Origin: Asterias rubens
Lineage: Eukaryota
Direction: 5' to 3'
DNA length: 64,000 bases
Assembly: GCF_902459465.1 (NCBI RefSeq)
Contig: NC_047067.1
Coordinates: 19,964,001-20,028,000, forward strand
Shown here piece by piece: positions 22,076 through 34,000 of this stretch. Under the pieces are notes generated by a model, which was not told where the DNA came from, did no database searches, and saw only the letters and a list, made by a program, of their open reading frames with translations. Each line of letters starts with the position of its first letter. Position 1 is the stretch's first letter. The position numbers and the translations under genes are program-made.

Positions 22076-25000
22076 ATGGCGCCCCTTGACTGGGATCACA
22101 TCATGGGGTTGAACGCCAAGGGACTGTCCGAGGAGGACGCTGAGGAGGTGTACGGCATCCTCACAGAAGTAAGAACCATCATCGATAAGTATTTTTAAGC
22201 TTACCCCTAGTACAACAGGGCTCGAATGTGGGGGAAAAACCACAATATCATAGAGCTTGTTGCTTAAAATGATTACTGGCCTAGACTTGTTATAACAAGA
22301 CAATCAGTTTGACATGCATAGGATAGGGGCCTTAAGATCCTTTTCATTTGATTGGTGAAACACGTGTTAGGGCCTATATGTAATCTTTTTATTTTGCCAT
22401 GTATAGATCATGTGAACTATGTTTACAATAAGTGTGACCTTGTACATTATTTGGCTTTTCTGGCAGGCAAGATATTGCACAGGTCGTACGTGAATATGAC
22501 ATTTTGTGTCATAATTTCCACAAAAATCCAAGAGTTATGAAAGTAAAAGCTGGATAAGTTATGAGGGGTGCCCCCTTTTATCAGTTATATAAAAGTTTAT
22601 ATTAATTAGACAATGAAATCTCCATAAAATATAAGATTTTATGTTTTCTTTCATTGAGCTGTGTACAAATCGTGCCTGCAGGAAGTCCAGGCTCTGTGGG
22701 TCTTTTGTAAACATGTGATGTCAAAGGTCACATCGTCTATACTGAGGAACACTGACACAATTCTCGATAAATAAATAATATAAATAATGTATGGTAGGTC
22801 CCCTATATTGATAATTAGAAGATGCTTCAGATGTTTTGCAGTTCGTTTCCAAAATTATCATGCCACTCTCCTTGCTTTCCATTGACACCTCTTTAAGCTA
22901 CCTACTATATATGTTGGTGGTCACAGTGATTAGTTGTTGTTGTTGTTATTTAAGTAATTAATTTAATTAATTAATTGACAGGCTGCTCCCGCTGCCTCAG
23001 AGTCAGCAGATCACCTTCTCCAATTATTTGATGTCGCTCGTTCCGTGATGCAGCTGAAGAATGAGCAGGCCAAGGTTGCGTTTGAGGAGCTGGAGAACTT
23101 GGCCCAGAACCAAGGCAAAGAAGGAGTCCGCAACGGTGAGTACATATTTTTTTAGCTTCTCAAGTTCTCCCCTTTAAGTTGGGGAGGTGGTGCTTTCTGC
23201 TCTACCAGCCAGGCTCCTAGTGGATAATACCCAAGCCTACATCGGTATTGACTGTAAAGGGGGCAGCCCTGTTTCAGCCTTAGGAGTAGGTGGCAACAGG
23301 CCCTGGAAAAATAGTTGATTGTTGCCCACACCTTGAAAACACTTGCATAAATTGTTTTTTTAATAACAAATTACATCATGAGTATTTTATAGCAGAATAT
23401 TGCTTCTAACTTATTAAAGGAAAGCTTCATTAAAGATTTTCTGAGTTTATGGCCACAAAAACTCAGAAAGTAAACATCTTTTTCAATGAGCGAGTGTTTT
23501 ACATTGAATTACTTGGGTCATTAAACTTCATGTTATCTGCTCTCACCTAGAGTCTTTATGTGTCACATACAAACGGTGAACAGTTTACTCAGCATTATCT
23601 TTTATTCTCTATGCAGAGCAAGCTCTACTTGATCAGATCAGAGATCTTGAGGAGGAGAACAAGAGATTGCAGGTTGGTGCAGTATATTCGTAAGCCGCTT
23701 TTGACGGCTACAGCTATGGCTGCGACTGTTGCGAAGGGATTTGCTAAGAACGTTCCATACTTCAAAGCATAATGACATTTAGCTGCAGTCAAAGCTGTAG
23801 CCACCCATTCGGACAAGGCTGATAAATACCTTTGAATATCTTAAAAATTCAAATAATCAAAGTAGGCTTACACTAAGGACACATGAAAAAGCACTTGTTG
23901 AAGTAAAAACCAGTTCATATGTTAAACTACATGTAGGTAGATAGTTTTGTTCTCACTTTGATTCTGGTCTTCATGATAAATTTCTGGTAAAAAAATCATT
24001 CTTGTTAAGCTCAGCTGTCTACTTTAGCAGCTCTGTGAAGTGAATGTTGGCCTTGGACTTGAGTCCAGTGTGACTAGACCACTCAGCCACAACATGCCAC
24101 GGTTAATGTACAAGCAAACAGTTTAAAAGGCAGTGGACACTATTGGTAATTACTCGAAATAATTATCATCATAAAACCTTTCTTGATTACGAGTAATGGG
24201 GAGAGGTTGATAGTATAAAACATTGTGAGAAACAGCTCCCTCTAAAGTGACATAGATTTCGAGAAAGAGGTAATTATCCACGAAATTGATTTCGAGACCT
24301 CAAGTTTAGAATTTGAGGTCTCAAAATCAAGCATCAGAAAGCACACAACTTCGTGTGACAATGGTGTTTTTTCTTTCATTATTATCTCGCAACTTCGATG
24401 ACAGATTGAGCTCAAATTTTCGCAGGTTTGTTATTTTATGCATATGTTGAGATACACCAACTGTAAAGACTAGTCTTTGACAATTACCAATAGTGTCCGC
24501 TGTCTTTAAGTCTTTCCCCTCCTGTTTGAGGAACACAAATTCTAAATGTCTGTACTTTCTTGTAGCGTCTGGGAGCAAGTTCCGGGTCTCGAGACATCCG
24601 AACTTTGCAGAACGAGATCCATGAGCTGAGTCAACAATCGGATCTCCTCCAGAGAGAGCTGAAAGAGAAGGACAGAGAGCTGATTAAGGAACGGAGAGAT
24701 GGCGAAAGGGTGAGTTAGAACCTCGTTCCAGTTCCTTGTTTCAGTTTCAGTTTAAGTTAGTCCTAGCTCCAGCCTACACGCTTCAGCAAAAGCTAAGCCC
24801 GGCTTATCTTGTTCCTGTTCCTTGCACCATCAAGCCAAGCTCAACTACCCTTTAATTGACAGGCAGTTCTCATGCTGTATGCAGTTTAAGGTGACCGTGT
24901 AACAAAAATTATGAATCTGCGGAACTTAAGATACCTTTACCCGTTTTAATGTAACTTTATTATTGCTTTGTTTTGGCCCTCTATAGTTTGCATCCAGAGC

Positions 25001-28000
25001 TGAGGAAGCAGAACGGGAGATCAGGGAGCTCAAACGTGATGTAAGTTATTCAACAACTTTGTATAAAAACTATAAATGTTTGTTTATTTTGCGTAGAATT
25101 TTACAAGTCTATGTGTTTTAGACATTGGAAGCCTCACACTTGATGGCTCACATTTACGATGTTTTTCAACTTTCAGGGTAAAACAGATAGCCCCGGAATT
25201 ACAAAGAGACGTCAGAGGTGATGAAAAGCCTCAAAGATACAATAATTTCTCTTAAAAACAACTCTTGATCAATAAACTCAATTTGTGACTGGTATAATTT
25301 GTGACTGCTAAGCAGACAATTGTTAAACACTGTATTTTTCGCCTAAGCAGATCTATGAAATTGGCCCATCGACACTGCTAGGTTTTGGGAATGCCCCATA
25401 GCTGAATTTGTTCCTACAAGCTTAGAAAGTGTTTGTTTTTAAAACACAACCGATCTACCAGACTAATTGATATTTTCCACCGTCTTGTCCACAGAATGAC
25501 ATGTTACGAACAGATCTCCGAGATTACCAACGTCAGATGGAATCACAGCGGGAGAGCATGCTCCAACGACGAGGTGATGACGTCGAGTTTCAGGACAAAC
25601 TACGAGGAAAGAACAGAGAACTCAACGATCAGCTTGAAGAAATCCAGGTAACATTGACCAGAGATTAACATTAACATTTTAATTGACTGCCCAGCATGAC
25701 TAGCTAGCTTGTCTTTTCATTAGTCCTCAATGTAGGAAATATGGATGCCTTTTAACACTAAACTAGCCAGCTGGACCACTTGGAGTAAATTTTGACTGGT
25801 CCTCAGGTGTTTCAACTGGTGTTTGGCTGGTGGACCACTGTTATAGGGTGTCGGTACTTTTTGTAGGACACAAAACACAATGTCCACAGATTAACATTAA
25901 ACTTACACGGTTTGAAGATGATGTTAGTAGAAAGTTCCCTGAAAATATTACTTGCTGAGGTGCTGTAGCGTTTGTGAAATGTCAGCAAAATTATTTTAGC
26001 ATGTACAACGTGATTACCAGTTTGGGTATTTAAATATCAGTACTGGTAACTATGATGTACATGCTAAATAATTTGCGTATCCTGACATCAGTGTATAGGT
26101 AAGACCAACTAATGTTCTTTATCCCTCCTTTAACATCTTTAAAACGTTAATTCCAAAATTTTTTTCTCCAGAATCTGACGGAAGCCAATGAGAAGCTCCA
26201 GGAGCAGTGTGCTGAGATGACGGCCAAGCTGGGGACAGCAGCTACAGACATGGACGGCATGGCCGGGGCTCATGCTAAGCTGAAACTAGTCCTGCAACAG
26301 ACGGATACCGTCACTCAGAATCTGGACAAAGAAAACGAGATCTTGAAGGAACAGGTAACATCTTATCCTCTGTCCACCCTCATGACTGTGTAGACCCCTT
26401 GCACTCTCGTTACACGCACATAATGTCTGCCCTTGGTCTGCAATTTTGGGAAGAAATGCTGGAATCTCAGAGTGTTCTGAGTTACCTATCATTGAGCCAA
26501 ATATAATTACACACAATGGTGGCTGACTGTCCATTCTTGATGACCAACTAATGGCCAACCCAAGATATTATGTGCAAAAATATGACTTGATATCAGCATC
26601 CGACTGTGTACATTGTTTTAACTTTTGTAAATCTCATCTTTTTAAACTGGTTGTTTAACTTTTTAACTTTTGCCAGCTTTCTGTATCTAGATTCCTTGAA
26701 TTATTTTACTGTGTAATACTCTGCTTTGTATAAATTTTGTCTGGTCCAGACTTTTATTGTTATTCTTTCTGCTATTGTTTTTGCGCTTTTTAAATGTCTC
26801 TTTATTATTGTTATTATTATAAACTTCTCATTATTCTGTCTGCTTTTTTTTTTTAAGATCCAAGATTTGACGGACCAGCTACGAGGCAAGTCAGGTGTAG
26901 ATGATGACATCATGGAGGCTCTGAATAAGAAAGTGGAAGAGTGGAAGGTTAGACTTAAGTCCAGCAGTTTATTTAACTCTTTAATTTGCCATATTTGACT
27001 TAGTTGCTTCTCTTCACCCAGCACTATAGTGAGGTCACCAAGAGGGTTTGGGCATTCTGGATTTGAAAAGGAATCGATGCTTTATAAAGCCAGACTATGA
27101 TATGTGTTATTTTACAAAGGAATTTCTTTTGATATTTTCAAAATTCAAAGGTTAACATAATAATTGAAAGTGCCTTGAATCCTTGAGTAGCAAAGTTAGT
27201 TGTTAGTTGTTAGTTGTATCCCACCTGAGTACTATGCCTGTGGAGGGATGGGAGGAAATTACTGAGTGTAGAGTGCTCAACACGCATTGGTGTATTGGTA
27301 AATTAAAAGTAATCTTTAATATCCCAATGGAAATTTAACATCCTGATCTTTTTTTATATAAAGATGTTTTATTTTTCTCTTCTTGATTCCAGAATTTACT
27401 TTCTGAGAAGGATGAAAAGATTGAAGAAGTGATAAGTGAAAACAGACATCTTAAGGAGATGCTGACTGCAGCTCAGATGGACACCGATAAAACATCAGTG
27501 GTTGCACTCTCAAAGGTATGGTCAGAAAGAATTTAACCTTCAATAATAATACTGGTCTTGGGTCTTGGGCGCCATTCAGAATAATAAATGTTCAAAACAA
27601 ATTAACTTTCTTGCCACAATTGTGGGTGGGTTGGTCAAAAGAAACAACTAAAAATTAAAATTCAGTTTTTGTTAAAAATAACTTTTAATAAATATATAAA
27701 CAAATTAAAACGAAGAAAACAAAAATACCTGGCTTGCCAAGGTCATCAATTTCAGTAAAGATTTACTGATGTTGGAGTCTTTTTATCTAAAATAGCTGGT
27801 TTATTTGGGGCAATCCTTTGTTCTTCAGTGTATGGATTTAATGATGAAACCAATCAATATTTAAAACAATTGTATTTTGTTTTGGATTGTCTTTTTGTAT
27901 TTTTATCTTCTTTTTTTTTAAAACATAATAAATAGATAAATAAACATTTCAAACCTATGAAGCAGTGTATACTTCTTTTGATTGATTTGAAGGCATTAGA

Positions 28001-31000
28001 AGACAAAGATAAGCAGCTGGATTCCTTGAAGAAACAGTTAGAGATATCAGCAGATGAAATGGCTGAACTGACCAACCAACTGGAGGATCTTAAAAAGGAT
28101 GCAACACAGGGTGGTGGTAAGAAGTTATCATTTCTCTTGAAATATGTTACCTACAATCACGCATGACAAATCTTGCTTAGCAGAAATAGGTTATCAACCA
28201 AAATACTGTGTTATGTATAGTGTTTTTGAGTGGTTTCCTGCTGGTTGCTAAGCACATACAAAGGTTAACATAGTACTGTGCGATTTGGGATTGCTTGATG
28301 ATAACTTGATAACTTTCTTCATCTTTTACTCAGCGCCACTTGTCAGACTTCAAAACACGATCCGTGATCTTCGGTCGACGATTAAGGATCAAGAGAAAGA
28401 GACCAAATATGCGGAGGATGGGATGGAGCAGGCTGACGCTGACGCTAGAGAGAAGGACAAACAACTGACCGAAGCTCTGACCCGAATGAGCGAATATGAA
28501 GCGGTCAGTAACAACATTGCTTACATGTTTGGGAAATTATTGCGTCTAACAATTTTGCATAACATATTGTTCAAAACTAGGCTACGTTTGATAAAGACTG
28601 TAAGCACAGGAACTTTGTTATGCACAAACCACTTTTGTTTTGCAAAAATAGGTTACCAGCAATTATACTCTTGTACCCCAGTAATTTCTTGCTTGGAAGA
28701 ATTTTCAGGAGAATTTTCTGCTTAGTAGCTTTATGAAAATGGACTCTGATGTTTTGTGCACAATAAATGAAATAATATTGAATAGCAAAACTTATATAAT
28801 CGTGCAGCTTGTAACAGCTTTTGATTTGTTTTTGATGTTAGGGCGAATATGGTCTTGTTGAGGCTGTGCAAGAGATTAAAGAGTGCAAGAAACATATCAC
28901 AGTCAGAGACCGGTAAGCATTTTTGTTTTTTTTCAAGTTGGTGCCTATTATTTTGTAGCTTCCCGTTTGAGATGGTATGAGAAGCACAGTCTCGTTAGTT
29001 TGTTTAGCTTTTCAATAAAGTGAGTGTTGAATGAAATCTGAAGCTGAAAGTTTAAGTAAAAAAAAATTATTTACCAATCCACTTGGTCTCCCTTCCAGCA
29101 ACATCGAAGACCTAACCCAGAATGTCAACAAGCTTGAGATGGCACTGAACGATCTATTAGAAGAGAATGAAGAGTTGAGGGGGAGACTAGGTCTTGACCC
29201 AAAAGAAGCTCTCGACCTCGGTCAGATCAGACTGACGAAAGCATTACAGCACCAGCAGGATAGGGCACTCAATCAGGTAAGGGATAATAATAGTAGTGGC
29301 TTTTGATATAGCTCGTATCCGCACTCAGTGACGCTCAAGGCGCTTCAACATTCAGTATTTTCCTGCACGAAATTTGGGACTATATTTGACTATATAGCAC
29401 CATGTAATGGTTTACAAGGTGCTGTGGCGCAATATGCTGCCAATCAAACCAGGAACACCGGGGCAAACCCTTTCTCTTCACGATAAGTGCACTGTTTTTT
29501 TTACATGCATTACACAGCACACAGGACTTTATTTTATGAGTTTATCCATATAAAAACATTTGAAAATTTCTTTTGAAATTGAAATGAAATGTGCATTTAG
29601 AGACACAAAACAAGAGCCCTACAAGCATTTGAATGTTTTTAAAACAGGTGTGCTTCTTGGTTTTTAGTTAGTTTGAGTAGTATTTCCCATTTGAGTACCT
29701 CACATACAAGTATTAACTCATATATCGATAGTTCCTCACAAAAGAGTAGACCCTTACATGTATCACCTCACATTAGGACGAGTACCTTAAATGTGGCATT
29801 GTTACATTTTTGGTTCAGGTCCTAAGCCAGGAGTTGGAGCGACTCGAAGCTGAGCGATTGGACCTGAAGAAACAAGTGCGTCTTCTGGCCCAGCAGAGAG
29901 CTCAGCGAGCAGTAGCACTCGGGTTGTCGGCAGATGACATGGTTGCCATCGAGGAGTTTACTGAGGGACTCAAGGTCAAGAAGAAGTCTGGCGGGATCGG
30001 TCTGGGGGACACGTTGACACAGTTTGTGAAGGGTGAACAACGGATTGCTCCTTCGGATTCTCTCAGGCTTAAGGTAGGATGATGGGAGTGGGATTGGGGT
30101 GGCTCTTTGGGTAGGATGAGAATAGGGCCTAACTTCATGGCTCTGTTTACATCTTAATTCTGCGCTTACGATAACCTTTTTCTACTTACTGTGCAAGTGC
30201 CAAATTTCTGCACAAGCTGTGTAAGCAAAGAACGCCTTATAACGAGGAGTACGCACTTGCACATAAAACTTTCCTGCTAACCTTTGAAATACGCTTAACT
30301 TAAACGCAGAATTCCCTGCGCCGATTCTTTGCTTATGGTAAGCAGAGCCATGAAATTGGGCCCTGATTGGATGGGCTACTGTGATGTTTTGGACATGCCT
30401 TGCAACTTCACGACTTGTCCGTAAGATGCTCAACAGTTTTAAAATGCATCGGAGGGGCCTCGTAAATGATAATTTGGCCTCTCAAATGAAGCATAATGAT
30501 GACATGATTTGCAAGTATCTTCACTGTGAGTGAGCTGCTAATAAAATAGTGAATGCAAGGTTGTGATAAAAGTCAAATGAAATTTTCTGATTCTCTCTCA
30601 TTTCATTCTGACCAGGCTAACCAGCTAGAGAGAGAGCTCGTCAAGGCAGACCAGACGACGGAACGTAACCGCAACCGAGTCGCTGAGATCGAAGCTCGGA
30701 ACCGCCAACTGATGGATGAGAACGCACAATTGGAACTAAGCATTAAAGGAATCCTTGCAGCCCTGAAGGAGCAAAATGAGCAAGGTGGTTCAACAGATCT
30801 TCAGATACCGAACCTTGAAAGGCTGGTTGTGGTAAGATTAGAACCACTTCTTTGCCAATGACCCTAGCTCCTGCGGTTTTTCGGCACAGCTGGCTCACAT
30901 CAGTCAGAGTGGTTGGTTGGTGTAGTGGTATCTTTCCTTACCTTTGAATCATGCCTGAGGCACTACGTGGATTGGGTTTTCAGTCCCTTTCTGACTGTGT

Positions 31001-34000
31001 GGGCTTCCCTTGAATATATTTCTTTGGTTTCCCCCCACATCTAAGCATGTCTTCTATCCTAAATGGTCGTTATTTTATCTGGATATTTAGTTTCTACAAA
31101 AAGCCAGATCATGTTAGTTCAGAAAAGTAAAATTAAAACATTGATGGATATTTCAGTGAATTGGATATTCTACTTTTAAACCATCCTCTTAACGACTCAT
31201 TTCTATAACAATGTTTTTTGTAGCTTCTTGAAACTAAGACCTCAGGTGGAAACTACGATGCGAATGTTGTAATGAAAGCTCAGCTGGATCAGCTGACTGG
31301 ACGTAATGAAGAGTTGAGACGAGAGCTACGACAGACTAGGAACGAGAGCGAGAAAGGGGGCATTAATCTGGACAGGGCCAATAACAAGGTAAAATTTGTC
31401 ATTAGTATAATGCAGGCGACATTGCTTTGTTACCTGTGACAAAAGATTTTCAACAAAATGCATTCTGGGAATAATTCAAGCAATAATTGGGAGAAATAGA
31501 CAATATGTTCTAAGAAAGAAATGTAAAAATGACATCATGGCTAACAAAACCTTCTACCTGGAACAGCGAAGAGCGCAATATATGCAAGAGAAGACATACA
31601 AAATTCTATGGAGCCAACATCCTCAGGATAATGGTGACAGATTGATTGATTTGCAATTTCTAAAAATAAATTTTTTTTTTTTGTCTTATTTCAGATTACC
31701 AGACTAGAGCAGGATCTGCAGGCATTAAGGGAAGCGGGTCAGGGTGCCATTACACTTCATCACATGCAGCTACCTCAAGGCATGGCTGTATCTAGTGCAG
31801 AGGTTATTAGCTCCCTCAATGAGCAACTCATACATGCACTACAGGTAGGACAATCCTGTCAGTTTGTCTGTTGGTTGTTTTGTCTTCGTCTGTTTGTCTT
31901 TGTATGTCTGTTTGTCACAGCTACCTCAAGGCATGACTGTATCTAGTGCAGAGGTTATTAGCTCCCTCAATGAGCAACTCATACATGCACTACAGGTAAG
32001 ACAATCCTGTCTGTTGGTTGATTGGTCTGTTTGTTTGTCTCCGTCTGTTTGTCACAGCTACCTTGAGGCATTGGCTGTATCTAGTGCAGAAATTATTAGC
32101 TCCCTCAATGAGCAAATCATATATGCGCTACAGGTAGGACAATCCTGTCTGTTGGTTGATTGGTCTGTTTGTTTGTCTCCGTCTGTTTGTCACAGCTACC
32201 TTGAGGCATTGGCTGTATCTAGTGCAGAAATTATTAGCTCCCTCAATGAGCAAATCATACCTGCGCTACAGGTAAGACAATCTGTTTGTTTGTCTGTTGG
32301 TTGATTGTCTTTGTCTCTTTATCTGTTTGTCTCTGTCTGTTAGTTGATTTTTCTTTGTTCATCCTTCCTGTGAATGTGAACACTATGTTGAAAAATTGTA
32401 GTTTGAAAGGTTATCCACGTTATGGAAATGGATACGTTCAATACATAGATTTTCTGAGTGTGAAAAGGCCTTCATTCTATATTGACCATTGAGTGTTATT
32501 CTGTCTACAGGAACTCTCCAATAAAGAGACACAGTTGACTCACTGCGAGTCGTCCCTCGTTGTCTACCGTCGTCGTTTCGCCGTCCTACGCCACCAGCAG
32601 GGTCTACTCTACCAGGAATACAAGGAAAAACAGGAAGACTGGGAAGGGCAGGCTGAAACATGGGACAAAGCAAAGCACAAGTTTGTAGACCAGATAGAAC
32701 AGCAGGAGGCCAAAGTTCAAGAATTCAATGTAAGCTTTTTGTTAAATATCTTTTTTGAAGTTCGTTCTCATTTTGTTCATTTCGATTTGGCTTGCACAAT
32801 CTTGGTATTTTCCCAAAGTTTAGTATACATATGTACTGTTATGCCATACCATTTGTAAGCGGTTATTCTCACCTCTGGCTTACTTCAGGCAGCTTCATTT
32901 CTAAATTTTATGGTGTTTATTGTTCAATTCTTTCAGAGGTTGTTGGACACATTGCAGCAGAGTGGAGATGAGCCCCAGCGTAGAATGGCTGAAGCTACCA
33001 GGAAGATCACCGTACTCAGGGTGAATGAGAGAGCCCTCACGAGGCGATTTACGGCCAGTCAAGAAGTGGAAGGAACTCTCAGAAAGGTAGATAGAAGATT
33101 AATCCTAGATTCAGGCATGAAAGTCCTCCTACTTTGATCTGTTTTACATTTAAATTATATTTGATTATTTTAGCTATAAAAAGCATCACAAAGTTACTAT
33201 TAAATATTATAAACCACAAGGGAAACTGATTTGGAAATGTTTTAAATGATTTGGAGTTGACCAAAGAAAAATTGCCTAGAGTGGGATTCCAACCAATGAC
33301 TTTCGGATTAACGTGCCAGCGCTCTACCGACAGGGCTATCTAGCCCTATGTTGGTGGTCTCCCTATTTTGTCAATATCTAGATTATTATTGGTCTTCAAA
33401 GCCTATACTAATGTATGTCAGCCCTGTTCTAAATAAATTTGTTGGGGGTTGAACAAAGAAAAATATACTTGAGCAGGATTTTAACTAATGACCTTTGGTT
33501 TAACATGTCGTCGCTCTACCAACTGAGCTATTCAGCCCAGATTTTGACGGCCTCCCTATTTTGTCAATACTGTTTCAAATGTAGTCTTCCACAAAGACCC
33601 GCTTAAAATACATTACACAAAACTAGATTGTAATCTGTTTTTATTCATTGCCTCTTTGTTGTTTTCAGGAAGTGAACAAGCTTCGGAATGAGATGGTTCA
33701 AATGGAGACAGCAATCACAGAGAGACTTGGGTACCTCCAAAGACATAAGGTAGGATCTTCCTTTATTTTTAATTGTATGCAGATTATTTTAAAGTGGTAC
33801 TTGAAACCGCTGATATTTATCATTATCTTTAAAGATGCTATGTCAGATTTTTGGCCCCACACGTTTCTTATAAAACACATAAGAATTGGTCACATGATAT
33901 ATTGTCGGGATCCCGACAAAAACTAATTTTGAGCACTTTATTTCACTGCTACTAATAATTGACGGACTTTTTCGAGCAATGGCTCAAATAAAAGCTTGTA

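Noticed and set aside
25177-25217. Potential small CEP290 exon (TTTCAG ... GAG|GTGATG) where vertebrates have a short exon
   Set aside because: At 41 nt it breaks the frame. The in-frame 27-nt variant needs a poor acceptor (GATAG), and the peptide does not resemble the vertebrate one.
31864-32304. 146-aa ORF
   Set aside because: Read-through of the duplicated exon halves and GT-rich intron, not an independent gene.
33285-33350. Possible tRNA-Asn-like gene (also similar cores elsewhere)
   Set aside because: The acceptor stem does not pair, the B box is degraded and it occurs as multiple diverged copies of a repeat.
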